64,000 bases of DNA from a candidate division WOR-3 bacterium. Lineage in GTDB: Bacteria; Hydrothermota; Hydrothermia; JBDRYB01. Below the pieces are notes generated by a model. That model was given only the letters and a program-made list of their open reading frames with translations, made no database searches and was not told the origin of the DNA. Position 1 is the first letter of the stretch, and every line of letters starts with the position of its first letter. The translations under genes were made by a program, and so were the position numbers. Where the stretch lies: positions 75,315-139,314 of the forward strand of contig JBDRYB010000001.1 in NCBI GenBank assembly GCA_039803205.1. The letters run 5' to 3'. Shown here piece by piece: positions 39,324 to 49,415 of the stretch.

Positions 39324-40487
39324 TTGATAAGCCGCACGGCTGGATTAGTATTGGTTCTCGTGCTTATTGATTGCCGCAAAACCTCCCAAAACCCAATTTC
39401 CTTGTCCGAAACCGAGAGCGAGCCTCCCCCGGCCTCAGTTGTGGTCATAAAGGAAGGGGATATCCTCGGGATCGTTCTTGACAAGGCACTTGATGGGGAG
39501 GATTACGCTAAGGCGCTCAGAGCCGTTGACTCTGTCATAGGTGCCAAGAGAATAAGGCCCGGCGACACCCTGAAATTCTACATGGCTAATGGTAGGCTCA
39601 CGAGGCTTGATTACATTAGGGGATTCAACACGACCAGGTTTGATTTCGCCGGCGAGGGATTCAAAACCAAGAACATCATCCCTGATTTCGTAAAGAGGGT
39701 TGAGTTTGTGAGGGGGGAGGTTGATCAGAACCTTTACCTCTCGTTTCTGGAGCTCGGGGAGAAGGACCCCGTTCTCATTCAGTTCGCGGATATATTCGGA
39801 TGGGACATAGATTTCACAACAGAGTGCCAGAAGGGGGATTCCTTCTTTTTCGTGGTTGAGAAGAACTACCTGGCTGATACCGTTGCATTCTACGGCCCCG
39901 TGCTCTGGGCGGAATACGACGGCAAGAGCGTTGGCAAGCATGTCGCTTATCGTTTCAAGGGGGAGTATTACAACAGCGAGGGGAGGTCCCTCAGGAAAGA
40001 GTTTCTGAAAAGCCCATTAAAGGTCTACAGGATATCTTCCGGTTATTCAAAGAGCCGCTTCCATCCCATTCTCAAGGTATACCGTCCGCACAAGGGGGTT
40101 GACTACGCGGCTCCTGCTGGGACCCCTGTCCACGCGCTGGGGGAAGGCACAGTCGCTTTCGCGGGCTGGAAGGGCGGATACGGAAAATATGTCAGGATAA
40201 AACACCCAAACGGGTTCCAAACCGGATACGGCCATCTGAGCCGGATAGCGGTGAGATCCGGACAAAGGGTGAGCCAGGGCCAGATAATTGGCTATGTGGG
40301 GTCAACTGGACTCGCTACAGGGCCCCATCTCCACTTTGAGATGTTCAAAGGGGGCTCTTTCGTGAATCCCCTCACGGTCAAAACCCCTCCAGCAAACCCT
40401 GTCCCGGCTGATGAAATGGAGGAATTCAAGAACCTCGTGAGCTTCACTGATGGATGTATCAGAAGGATTAGAGGGAGCTCTGATTAG
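39324..40487 (+). CDS. M23 peptidoglycan DD-endopeptidase (MepM/Csd3-like)
   Basis: FADIFGWDIDF, RFHPIL, HKGVDYAA, YGHLS, TGPHLHFE; start uncertain (39285 or TTG 39324). Confidence 0.93.
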   Translation: MISRTAGLVLVLVLIDCRKTSQNPISLSETESEPPPASVVVIKEGDILGIVLDKALDGEDYAKALRAVDSVIGAKRIRPGDTLKFYMANGRLTRLDYIRGFNTTRFDFAGEGFKTKNIIPDFVKRVEFVRGEVDQNLYLSFLELGEKDPVLIQFADIFGWDIDFTTECQKGDSFFFVVEKNYLADTVAFYGPVLWAEYDGKSVGKHVAYRFKGEYYNSEGRSLRKEFLKSPLKVYRISSGYSKSRFHPILKVYRPHKGVDYAAPAGTPVHALGEGTVAFAGWKGGYGKYVRIKHPNGFQTGYGHLSRIAVRSGQRVSQGQIIGYVGSTGLATGPHLHFEMFKGGSFVNPLTVKTPPANPVPADEMEEFKNLVSFTDGCIRRIRGSSD

Positions 40488-41535
40488 GTCCCTTGCCGTG
40501 CTTGAGAGGGATGGCTACATGGGCTATGATCCTTATGATGGGCTTCTTTCGCCCTTAGCGAGGCTTTTGCCCGGCTCAACGCTGAGACTGCTTTTTGTCC
40601 ACGCGGTAAGGAAGAAACCCATAAACATCAGGCCCATGCTCGGCATAAAGAAAACCCTAAACCCAAAGACCCTCGCTCTCTGTTTGTCGGCATACGCTGG
40701 CCTCTGTGTGGACAGGCCTCCGCGCCCTTCGCTCATCAATAAGGCCAAGAGAATCATCTCCCTCCTTCAAGAAACCTTTCCCTGGGGATACCCTTTTCCC
40801 TGGCAATCAAGGGCCTTTTTCGTCCCAGCCGGAACCCCCACGGCAGTGAATACCGCTTTCGTTCTTCACGCGCTTGCTGACGCGCGGGATGCCTTAAATA
40901 TTGAGACAGACAGCCTGATCCGAAAGGGGGCCGAAAACATCCTCTCTGCGCTCAACAGAACCCAAGACGGCTTCTTCAGCTATACCCCATTTGATAACTA
41001 CAGGATCCACAACGCAAACCTGCTTTTGGCCTCGGCTTTGGCGAGGGCTGGTTTTGGGGATGAGGCAATGAGATCCGCCCAGGCTTCGGTTATTCTTCAG
41101 AGGCCTGATGGCTCATGGCCGTATGGGGAGGACTGGGCTATGTTCTCCTACATAGACAACTTCCACACTGGATTCGTCGTAATCGCCATTACCTCATTAA
41201 ACAGAACCTTTGGACAGGCTTTCAAAGAACCCCTTGAGAGGATTGTGAATTTCTACGAAAAGAATCTCTTCGGCCCGGATGGCCTGCCCCTTTGGCGTTT
41301 GGGCAAAAGGTATCCCCTTGATGTTCACACGCTCGCTGTCTCTGTTGGTGTGATGGCGGAACTCGGAAAGAAGGAAAGGGCTATGGCCCTGGCGGATGCG
41401 CTTGTCCGGCTTTTCATGGACAGCGATGGGCGTTTCGGCTACCAGAGGGGAAGATTCATTTACAACCGGATAAACTACGCCAGGTGGGGCCAGGCCTGGG
41501 GGGTATGGGCTTTGGCCAAGGCATGTTTCCCATAG
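40450..41535 (+). CDS. Conserved hypothetical protein, probable (alpha/alpha)6 barrel of the type seen in polysaccharide loci
   Basis: GYDPYDGL, WGYPFPWQSR, FSYTP, IHNANLL, GSWPYG, IDNFHTGF, RWGQAW. Confidence 0.75.
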   Translation: MDVSEGLEGALIRSLAVLERDGYMGYDPYDGLLSPLARLLPGSTLRLLFVHAVRKKPINIRPMLGIKKTLNPKTLALCLSAYAGLCVDRPPRPSLINKAKRIISLLQETFPWGYPFPWQSRAFFVPAGTPTAVNTAFVLHALADARDALNIETDSLIRKGAENILSALNRTQDGFFSYTPFDNYRIHNANLLLASALARAGFGDEAMRSAQASVILQRPDGSWPYGEDWAMFSYIDNFHTGFVVIAITSLNRTFGQAFKEPLERIVNFYEKNLFGPDGLPLWRLGKRYPLDVHTLAVSVGVMAELGKKERAMALADALVRLFMDSDGRFGYQRGRFIYNRINYARWGQAWGVWALAKACFP

Positions 41536-41561
41536 GGCAAACCCTGTCTCTCTTCTATGGA

Positions 41562-42170
41562 TTACCGAACCGCGAACTTTCCGGATTGGCTCCTCTTTCC
41601 CGATTCCTCGTGGCTTGTTTCCCACAGATAGACCCCTGGCTCAAGGCTCAGCTGGTTTTTGCCCCTTTTGAGCTCAGCAGAATAGATTAGCCTTCCGTCT
41701 GCTTTATAGATTTTTATCCCAACACCCTCGGGAGAAAGGAAAAGCGCGGCACCGGGGAGAAGAGAGCAAGTTATTCCGGGCTTACCATAAGCATCCTTCT
41801 CCTCAACATTCACCGGCGGACAAGCATCGGTTACGGCGAAAGCTGGGGTTCCAACTGTTAGGCTTGGCTCTGATGTGGTGGGGAAACAACTGGCGCCAAC
41901 AGAGGGCGATGAGCTGACCGGACTAACATCCATAACGGTTGGCAAGCACTCCTGCACACAGCCGGGGTAATTCCCATCCTGGTCCAGCTTGAGGACGAGA
42001 AGATCCCAATCGCCGGCGCCAAAACTCCATGTCCATCCCGCGACAGCGTAGCCTCCGTCTGTTGTCTGGATTATGGAGCTGGCTATATCCTGGTTCGTTC
42101 CGCCAAAGGTTTTGGCAAAGAGCCACTGACCGACCAAGATGTTTGTGGTTATGAATGCGTATATCATCAT
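41562..42170 (-). CDS. Single-repeat (collapsed) paralog of the 20096-21613 propeller gene
   Basis: Same leader (MIYAFITTNIL), one repeat unit, same Cys/Ser/Pro linker and LSLEPGVYLW tail. Confidence 0.85.
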   Translation of the reverse strand: MMIYAFITTNILVGQWLFAKTFGGTNQDIASSIIQTTDGGYAVAGWTWSFGAGDWDLLVLKLDQDGNYPGCVQECLPTVMDVSPVSSSPSVGASCFPTTSEPSLTVGTPAFAVTDACPPVNVEEKDAYGKPGITCSLLPGAALFLSPEGVGIKIYKADGRLIYSAELKRGKNQLSLEPGVYLWETSHEESGKRSQSGKFAVR

Positions 42171-42243
42171 AAAACCCCCGTTAGAGTCAAATTATAATAG
42201 ATTGATCCCTTAATGCTTCTCGCTTTATCATTTACCCGTTCCA

Positions 42244-42912
42244 GTGAAAACCGTTTTCGTTCTTGAGGATGAGCCTGACATAAACAGGCTCGTTCGTGAA
42301 GCGCTTGAAGCGGCCGGTTTCAGGACACGGGGCTTTTTCAGGGCTGACGAGCTCCTCTTTGCCATGCAGGGAAAGATCCCAGACCTGCTCGTTATTGACC
42401 TCATGCTTCCAGATGGGGATGGGATGGATCTGGCGAGGCAATTGAAATCAACCGAGCGCACGAGCAATATCCCGATTGTGATCCTCACGGCAAGGACGAG
42501 CGAGTCGGACACGGTTCTCGGGTTTGAGATAGGCGCGGACGACTACATAAAAAAACCCTTCTCCCCAAGGGAAATGGTCGCGAGGGTAAAACGCCTGCTC
42601 AGAGCAAAGGAGGTTCCGGGCCCATGGGAGCTCAGGCATGGGCCGCTGAGGATCTTGCCGGAAGCGAATAAGGCATATGTCAATAAGACGCCCCTGAGAC
42701 TCAGCCCATCCGAGTTCGTTATACTTCTCGAGCTCGTGAAGGCCGGTGGAAGAACAGTGAGAAGAACCGCTCTCCTCTCCGCGATAGGCTCATTAGGGGG
42801 GCCGAGGACGGTTGATGTGCACATAAGGACGCTGAGAAAGAAGCTTGGCAAAAGCGGTAGGCTCATAGAGACTGTCAGGGGGGTAGGCTACAGGCTAACA
42901 GAGGGCACATGA
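42244..42912 (+). CDS. OmpR/PhoB-family response regulator (PhoB/PhoP-like)
   Basis: LEDE, DLMLP, GADDYIKKPFSPRE, RTVDVHI, TVRGVGY. Confidence 0.93.
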   Translation: MKTVFVLEDEPDINRLVREALEAAGFRTRGFFRADELLFAMQGKIPDLLVIDLMLPDGDGMDLARQLKSTERTSNIPIVILTARTSESDTVLGFEIGADDYIKKPFSPREMVARVKRLLRAKEVPGPWELRHGPLRILPEANKAYVNKTPLRLSPSEFVILLELVKAGGRTVRRTALLSAIGSLGGPRTVDVHIRTLRKKLGKSGRLIETVRGVGYRLTEGT

Positions 42913-44210
42913 GGAGCGTTCTCGCGAGCCTCGGGTTCTGGCAGGGGGTTATCATCCTCTTTATGCCGGTTATTGCTTGGTTATCCGGCGCGGCCTTGTG
43001 GGCAACCTGTTTGATAGCGGCCCTGGCCATAACCCTCATCGCTATGAACATCCTATACCAGATCTCGGTAAGGCGTTCAGTGAAAAGGGCGCTCTCAGCC
43101 TTCAGGGAGCTTACGGGACAGGAGCTGAGGTGCAGGGGAATAGGGCTCAGGTATTACCTCCTGTGCATGCGCAGGGCCATAAAGGAGCTGGGAGCCTTGC
43201 TTGAAGAATCCAGACAAGCAGAATCCGAATCTGAGGAGGGAATAAGGTCAACTGGCTATGGCGTCGTCATCCTTGACCGAGAAGCAAGGGTTGTTCTCTC
43301 CAACGAGCGAGCCAGCGAGCTAGTGGGGGCTATTGAGGGGAAAAGGCTCTGGGAGGCGCACGGCGCCGGCAGGGGACTCGTGGAAAATGTGGAATCCGCT
43401 CTGGCATCCGGCAAGGCTTTAAGGGCTGAGTTCCTGACCCTTTTTCCGGAGAGAAGGTGGATAAGGGCTGATGTAGCACCATTCTCAAGGGGAAGATTTC
43501 TTCTTTTGGTAGAGGACATAACCTCTGCGAAGGAGACCGAATCAATAAAATCCCGCCTCGTTTCATCAGCATCGCACGAATTGAGGACGCCCCTTACCGT
43601 GATCCAAGGCTATCTTGAGATGGCATCCGAAACGGGCATATCCGAGGAATCCAGAAAAAACGCGCTTGAGACCGCTCTGAAACACACAAAGCGCCTCTCG
43701 TCTCTTGTTGAGGACATACTTACCCTCTCCCGAATGGAGTCCACCCCACCAAAGCTTGAGCCAACAGACCCCAGAAGGCTCCTTTCGGGTGCTGAGGAGA
43801 TGTTCAGGCCAAAGGCCAAGGCAAAGGGCCTTGAGCTCGTCTTCTCGGCAGAGGGGCTCCCGGATGAAGTAAAAATCGATCACAGCATGATAGAGACAGC
43901 CTTGTATAACATCATTGACAATGCCATAAAGTTCACGGAAAAAGGCAAGGTTGAGGTATCCGCGTGGACCGAGGATGGGTGGCTCTTCATCTCCATCAAG
44001 GACACGGGGCCGGGAATTCCCCCTGATGACCTCCCTAGGATATTTGAGAGGTTCTACAAGGGCAGGCTCACATCCCAATCCGGAATCCCTGGCACAGGCC
44101 TCGGTCTTGCCATTGCAAAGTGGGCGGTCTCGGCCCACGGGGGAGAGATACTGGCCGAGAGCAGGGTCGGTGAGGGAACGAGATTCACGCTGAGACTTCC
44201 GATGGTTTAG
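42909..44210 (+). CDS. Sensor histidine kinase, PhoR-like (PAS, HisKA, HATPase)
   Basis: SHELRTPLTVIQGY, NIIDNAIKF, DTGPGI, IFERFY, GTGLGLAI. Confidence 0.93.
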   Translation: MRSVLASLGFWQGVIILFMPVIAWLSGAALWATCLIAALAITLIAMNILYQISVRRSVKRALSAFRELTGQELRCRGIGLRYYLLCMRRAIKELGALLEESRQAESESEEGIRSTGYGVVILDREARVVLSNERASELVGAIEGKRLWEAHGAGRGLVENVESALASGKALRAEFLTLFPERRWIRADVAPFSRGRFLLLVEDITSAKETESIKSRLVSSASHELRTPLTVIQGYLEMASETGISEESRKNALETALKHTKRLSSLVEDILTLSRMESTPPKLEPTDPRRLLSGAEEMFRPKAKAKGLELVFSAEGLPDEVKIDHSMIETALYNIIDNAIKFTEKGKVEVSAWTEDGWLFISIKDTGPGIPPDDLPRIFERFYKGRLTSQSGIPGTGLGLAIAKWAVSAHGGEILAESRVGEGTRFTLRLPMV

Positions 44211-44287
44211 TTGAACGAGGGTTGCTCCTCACGATCGTCTGCAAAAATTGCGATCCGTCACGGGCTCACATTATAATTTTCACCCTA

Positions 44288-44360
44288 GGGGCCGTAGCTC
44301 AATTGGGAGAGCATCAGGCTGGCAGTCTGAGGGTCACGGGTTCAAATCCCGTCGGCTCCA
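44288..44360 (+). tRNA. tRNA-Ala(GGC)
   Basis: Cloverleaf GGGGCCG/CGGCTCC with G3:U70, anticodon loop CTGGCAG, TTCAAAT T-loop; CCA not encoded. Confidence 0.97.
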
Positions 44361-44424
44361 TTCTCCAAAACCCAATACTCAAGCCAATCAGTATTCATCC
44401 GGGGAATTTTCTCCAGCTCCTTCT

Positions 44425-44556
44425 TCATAAACTGACCATAACGCCCCTCTCCCTAACCCTGTCCATAACCTTCCAGCTCGCGTATGTGTGTCTGATGTCG
44501 TGAAAGTCTTCAACCCAGATCCTGCATGAATCTGAAACTCCCTCTGAGTGCGGATT
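44425..44556 (-). pseudogene. Tyrosine recombinase (integrase) relic
   Basis: Manual translation ...SCRIWVEDFHDIRHTYASWKVMDRV...* contains the HxxRH box II (44473-44505); bounded by stops; next to the tRNA-Ala 3' end. Confidence 0.75.
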
Positions 44557-44665
44557 TCATAGGCCGAAAAGATAAGAAATTTCCGAGTAGAAACAGGTCT
44601 CACGATCCGTTTGAAAAACCAGGAAGTCCTTGTGGAGTGAGGAACTCCCATGCCACACATTTCTC

Positions 44666-45904
44666 TTATTGAGACTCGTTCGTGCAGAAAATGGGTTCAA
44701 TCTCATCGGGTTTGATGAACCTTTCCTCCCCGGTAGCCATGTCCTTTATCTTGAGAACGCTCCTCTCCAGCTCCTCTTCCCCTATGATTATTGCCTTTCT
44801 CGCGCCCAAGCGATCGGCTATCTTGAACTGCTTGCCCGGCTTTCCGCCCTCGTAATCCATATCGGCCCAGAGTCCTCTTGACCTCAGATCTCGCAAAAGC
44901 CTAATAGCCTCGTCCTTGGCTTTTGGCCCAATGAATACAATAAAGTAATCGGGGCCTGATGGTTCTCCGGCCCTTTCGCCCCTCGCTATCTGAACCCTCT
45001 CTATGCCTATCGCCCAGCCCGAGGCAGGGGTCCGGGGCCCGCCCATCTGCTCAACCAGGAGGTCATACCTCCCGCCGCCTCCCACGGAATCCTGTGCCCC
45101 GAGGCCCTTTGCCCTGAACTCAAAAACCGTTCTCGTGTAGTAATCCAGACCTCGCCAGAGCCTGTGGTCCTCTTTGAAGGAAACGCCGTTTCGGCTGAGA
45201 GCCTCCTTGAGCTCGGAGTAGTGAGCTGAGCATTCCTCGCAGAGGTAACCAGCCATCCTGGGGGCATCTCCAAGCCTAGGGGCATCGGTCTTACAATCAA
45301 GGGCCCTCATTGGGTTCCTCTCAAGCCTTCTCCTGCAATCATCGCAGAGATCGGCGTGTTTTTCAAATAAATAGGACCTGAGAGCCTCGCGATATCTCGC
45401 CCTGTCATCGGGGCAACCTATGGAGTTGAGGAGAACCTCAACATCCGGCATTTCCCAGGCACGAAAGAGCTCAAGGGCCAGCTCTATCTGCTCAGCATCA
45501 AGGAGCGCTGATGCGACACCAAAACACTCAACCCCCAGCTGGGTGAACTGCCTAAGACGCCCCTTCTGGGGCCTCTCTGCTCTGAAAAAAGGCCCCCAAT
45601 AGGCTATTTTCGCTGGAACGCTCATCCTCTCCTCAAGAAAGGCCCTCACTGCTCCAGCGGTTCCTTCTGGGCGGAGAGCGTATGTCTCCTCCCCCCTCGT
45701 GAAGCTGAACATCTCCTTCTCAACGATATCGGTCGTCTCCCCGATTGAACGGACGAATAGCTCCTGTCTCTCAAATATCGGAAGCTCTATGAACCTGTAG
45801 CCATAGGCACGAAGTAGGCCTCGGGCTTTCTCGTAGATGACCTGCCTTTCCTCGTATTCTGGAGGAAGAATATCCCTTGTCCCGCGAGGTCTCTGGTATT
45901 GCAT
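44666..45904 (-). CDS. hisS: Histidine-tRNA ligase
   Basis: RPRGTRD, LRPEGTA, FRAERPQKGR, RGLDYY, GGGRYD, IGIER; ATG 6 nt after TATACT. Confidence 0.98.
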   Translation of the reverse strand: MQYQRPRGTRDILPPEYEERQVIYEKARGLLRAYGYRFIELPIFERQELFVRSIGETTDIVEKEMFSFTRGEETYALRPEGTAGAVRAFLEERMSVPAKIAYWGPFFRAERPQKGRLRQFTQLGVECFGVASALLDAEQIELALELFRAWEMPDVEVLLNSIGCPDDRARYREALRSYLFEKHADLCDDCRRRLERNPMRALDCKTDAPRLGDAPRMAGYLCEECSAHYSELKEALSRNGVSFKEDHRLWRGLDYYTRTVFEFRAKGLGAQDSVGGGGRYDLLVEQMGGPRTPASGWAIGIERVQIARGERAGEPSGPDYFIVFIGPKAKDEAIRLLRDLRSRGLWADMDYEGGKPGKQFKIADRLGARKAIIIGEEELERSVLKIKDMATGEERFIKPDEIEPIFCTNESQ

Positions 45905-46128
45905 CCTGATAGTATAACCCAGGCAGTTTAAGGATTTCCAGGAACACCACCGAGCTTTACCCATTCCCTCACCTCTTGAAGATTTCTTCGATGTATCCTC
46001 CAGCGAGGGGAGCGAATGAAGTGAGTAATCTCATAGCCCAGCCCAGGGGATTCGCCCCTTCTCTCATTCCTACTTATCACGAAATGATCCCCGTTCTGAA
46101 GGAAGAGATCAATTTGGCTCAAGATTGG

Positions 46129-47016
46129 CTAAAAAGATACCTCCAAGGAGAACCTGTGTGCCACCCCAAGGTCTCCGTTGTAGACAAGCGCATAGTCCCC
46201 GGAGAATCTTGAGAACCTGAATCCAGCTCCTGCAGTTGGCATCCGGGCATTCATGCCCAGCCTGAATCTCGCTGGCCCCAGCGACGCTTCACCTCCAACC
46301 CTGGGTTCAAGGCTGGCATCCCCGAAGTGAATGACCTCTGCGCCCCCCCTTCCCTCAAACCTCAGGACTCCCTCGCCAGAGACGATAAGCCACGGAGCCG
46401 GTCTAATAGCGATTCCACAGTTAACCGATGGAGCAACGGTCTCGTGCTTTCCCGTTGACCAGAACAAAGGGGTTGTGAGCGCGTCCTTTATGACGAGGCC
46501 AAAACCAAGAGCATCAAGATCCTTCAGGTAACCAAGATCCAGGCCAATACCGTAACAGGATGTTGTGTCAGCCTTCTGCCCCAAAGCCTTCAATGTGATT
46601 CCCAAGCCGCGCCGGCTCCCAAGGCTGAGAAGGAGCTCGTAGGCCTGATAAGATGTTGTGCCTATTATTACAGGTTCATTATCGTTGCTCGGTGGAGATG
46701 TGGTATCCGGTAATTGTGTTCTCTTTATGTCCCCAACGCCGAGGTAGTAGATTCCAAGGCCGTAACCCCCGAAAGGGGTTTCCTTTGCCAAAGCCACAAA
46801 CTCATAGTTGAGGCCCTGCCAAAAGGCACCGTGCATAGCGAGTATGCCTGCGCCTTCAACCTTCCCTATCCCCCCAGGATTCCAGTAGACCCCGGAAGGG
46901 TCGGTAGCCAGAGCTGTGAATGCCCCTCCCATTCCCCATGCCCGTGCTCCCAGTCCAAAATTGAAGGCCTCGCCAGCAAACGGGGTTCCAAATGCACAGA
47001 GAAAAACCGGTATCAT
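46129..47016 (-). CDS. PorV/PorQ-family outer-membrane barrel
   Basis: GARAWGMGGAFTA, YWNPGG, DYA...LGVAHRFSL, terminal Phe. Confidence 0.85.
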   Translation of the reverse strand: MIPVFLCAFGTPFAGEAFNFGLGARAWGMGGAFTALATDPSGVYWNPGGIGKVEGAGILAMHGAFWQGLNYEFVALAKETPFGGYGLGIYYLGVGDIKRTQLPDTTSPPSNDNEPVIIGTTSYQAYELLLSLGSRRGLGITLKALGQKADTTSCYGIGLDLGYLKDLDALGFGLVIKDALTTPLFWSTGKHETVAPSVNCGIAIRPAPWLIVSGEGVLRFEGRGGAEVIHFGDASLEPRVGGEASLGPARFRLGMNARMPTAGAGFRFSRFSGDYALVYNGDLGVAHRFSLEVSF

Positions 47017-47070
47017 CGTGGAAATTATAATCCCAAACCAGAGACTGATGCAACCGACAGGAGCGAGAAA

Positions 47071-48588
47071 CTATAACCCTATCTTTCTATAAACCCAAAG
47101 CCTCGCGGTAAAAGAGTTCCCATCAAGGGTGAGCTGCTGGGAGCCGGAGTGTCCGGTCATGAGATAGACATTTAAGGGTGTTGGCCTTGTCCACCCAGCG
47201 CCAGCGGCCGGATCCCCTGGGGTGAGCCTATCGCCTGGCATAAAATAACCAAAGGTAAAGCCGACATCAGCGAGGTCAGCATATGTGCCCTTCAAGGATA
47301 CATCGATCTCAGAACCTATGTAGTTGCTGAGGCTAGCTGGCGTCCACTGCTCAAGAAAGGCATAAAAGTCCAATCTCATCACCAAGGAGTATTTGACAGG
47401 GAAGGCGTTGAATATCACATTGCCGTTAACGACGGATATGTCTGTGGGGTTGAAGAAGAACGGGGTTCTCCACATGTCTGGCCTGAAGTTCCATGTCATC
47501 ACCTCTCCGAATCCAGCCCAGTGTATCCACTCGGTGTTGGGGGACGAGGTGCTTCTCAGACACGGTGGGAACCAGCCCTCGTATATGTCCCCGGTGGCCC
47601 CGTTGTCTCCCGAGAAGGAATGATATGAGACGCCGAGCGTGAACATGTCAGAGGTCTGGTAATACGCTCGGACATCAAAAGCCGATGCTGAGAACTTGTA
47701 GCCCGTCACTGGGTCCTGGAGGCCATACCTTGAAAGCAGGTTGTATAGCTGGTCTGAGAGGTCGTAATAGACAAACTGCTGGGCGTCCCATTCGCCGAAG
47801 AGCCAACCGACCTCTCCGGCCATAACGAACCCACCCAGAGGCCCGACCTCAAGATAGCCGCCAGCCCACATGGGCCGCCATCCGCCCGAAAGGCCCCTGT
47901 CCTCAAGATCGGCAAGGAAGTAGAGGTTAAAGGCGTAGTTGGATTCCGCCTTGGACTTGCCTCCTACCAGGCCGATCATGTCAAGCTGGTATTTCGTGTA
48001 GACATACTCGTAGACCTGGGAGGAGTCAGTGGTCAACTCAACGGGAAAGTAAAATGTGTCTCTTTGCAATGCACCACCCTCGGAGAGGTCCGCATACACT
48101 ACATCAAACCAGTAATCCCATTCAGGGCTTGGGATGAATGTCATCTTTATTCCGTTCTGGCCTATTCCGTAGTAGTCGGATATGAGAATGCCTTCGCCGT
48201 AGTTGAAGATCTGGCGACCAACGCGGAGTATTCCGAGCATGCCCATAGGAAGAACAAAGGTATCCGCCTCCACAAAGCCCTCCGAAAGGGTTATTGTGTT
48301 CTTTGATGGGTCGCCTGAGAGGATGCCGTGGTATAGGCCGCCTATACCGAGGGTGAACTGATTGTTCAGGGTGATATAGCTTGAGACCCTGGCCCTGCCA
48401 GCGTTATACATGTCGCCTTCAGATTGGGTAGCTGAGCCAGATAGGTCTTCCATCGCGCCCTGAATATAGATACCGCTCATGAAAACCTCTGCCTCAAACC
48501 TGGCCTCTACCTTGGCTTCCTCACGGAAGATGGGCACCTGAGCCGAAAGGCCCGCCACAAAAACGAAGGGGAAAACAAACCTTTTCAT
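47071..48588 (-). CDS. Outer-membrane beta-barrel, alginate-export-like
   Basis: Signal peptide; LRVGRQIFNYGEGIL, FSGD, IGSEID, YFMPGD. Confidence 0.7.
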   Translation of the reverse strand: MKRFVFPFVFVAGLSAQVPIFREEAKVEARFEAEVFMSGIYIQGAMEDLSGSATQSEGDMYNAGRARVSSYITLNNQFTLGIGGLYHGILSGDPSKNTITLSEGFVEADTFVLPMGMLGILRVGRQIFNYGEGILISDYYGIGQNGIKMTFIPSPEWDYWFDVVYADLSEGGALQRDTFYFPVELTTDSSQVYEYVYTKYQLDMIGLVGGKSKAESNYAFNLYFLADLEDRGLSGGWRPMWAGGYLEVGPLGGFVMAGEVGWLFGEWDAQQFVYYDLSDQLYNLLSRYGLQDPVTGYKFSASAFDVRAYYQTSDMFTLGVSYHSFSGDNGATGDIYEGWFPPCLRSTSSPNTEWIHWAGFGEVMTWNFRPDMWRTPFFFNPTDISVVNGNVIFNAFPVKYSLVMRLDFYAFLEQWTPASLSNYIGSEIDVSLKGTYADLADVGFTFGYFMPGDRLTPGDPAAGAGWTRPTPLNVYLMTGHSGSQQLTLDGNSFTARLWVYRKIGL

Positions 48589-48598
48589 CGCGACCATA

Positions 48599-48628
48599 AT
48601 GATAATCAAACCGCTCGGCCTGTGTCAA
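48599..48628 (-). promoter_or_regulatory. sigma70 promoter of the barrel gene
   Basis: Minus strand TTGACA, 18-nt spacer, TATCAT upstream of ATG 48588. Confidence 0.65.
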
Positions 48629-48647
48629 CTATGAAAATGGCCCCTTT

Positions 48648-49340
48648 TTAGCTTATAAACCCCAGAATCCTCTCCAGGCTTGAGATCCGTGGACCGTCCC
48701 ATGTCCCTGCCTCTGTCGCGAAGGGTTCAGGGGCTTGCTCGTCGGATGACTGGATGAGTATGGCGAGCATGCCAAGTTTCCTTGCGCCCGTAAGCTCACT
48801 GTGCCCGCCATCCCCAACATATAGACATGATTCGGGCTCGACTTCCAGTCTCTTGCACGCCAACAGATACATTCTGGGGTCCGGCTTTCTCATGTGAACA
48901 GAGGAGGAAAAGACCGCGCAATCAAAGTATCGTGATATAGGGAGCTCGTCCCAAAGTGGGGGGACCTCTGGTGAGCAATCGCTCATGAGTCCCAATTTTA
49001 GGCCATTTGCCTTTATTTCCCGCAAGATACGCCCGGCTTCCGGGCGCGGGGTGAGCCTCGCTCGGACGAAATTCTCCCTCATTTTTACAGCCGTTTCTAT
49101 CCGCTCCTCATCAGGATGTAGGCCGAGCTCTTCAAGGATGAGTCTCAGGTTTTCAGCGATCGTGGGAATCTCTCCGATGAGGCGCTTCTCGCATGTGGCT
49201 CCCCATGCCCGAGCGAAATCCTCCCGCGGAACGCCAAGCTCAGCGGCCATTTCAGCCAGATGATCGTCGTGTCCTTCCCAGAAGCCCGAAACCAGGGTTC
49301 CAAAAAGATCAAAGATAACAGCCTCGTGTCTCAAGGGCAT
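48648..49340 (-). CDS. HAD-superfamily hydrolase (subfamily IA)
   Basis: VIFDLFGTL, KPDPRMY, YVGDG; true start ATG 49340 or TTG 49334 rather than 49727. Confidence 0.92.
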   Translation of the reverse strand: MPLRHEAVIFDLFGTLVSGFWEGHDDHLAEMAAELGVPREDFARAWGATCEKRLIGEIPTIAENLRLILEELGLHPDEERIETAVKMRENFVRARLTPRPEAGRILREIKANGLKLGLMSDCSPEVPPLWDELPISRYFDCAVFSSSVHMRKPDPRMYLLACKRLEVEPESCLYVGDGGHSELTGARKLGMLAILIQSSDEQAPEPFATEAGTWDGPRISSLERILGFIS

Positions 49341-49415
49341 ATTATAACGGTTGGCCAGTTGCCCGCGCGATGGCCAGGATATTATAATATCCAACGAAAT
49401 CAAAGGAGAGATGAG

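Noticed and set aside
45928..46122. 64-aa ORF between the PorV-like gene and hisS
   Set aside because: No RBS or recognisable motif; I cannot support it as a gene or as a structured RNA.
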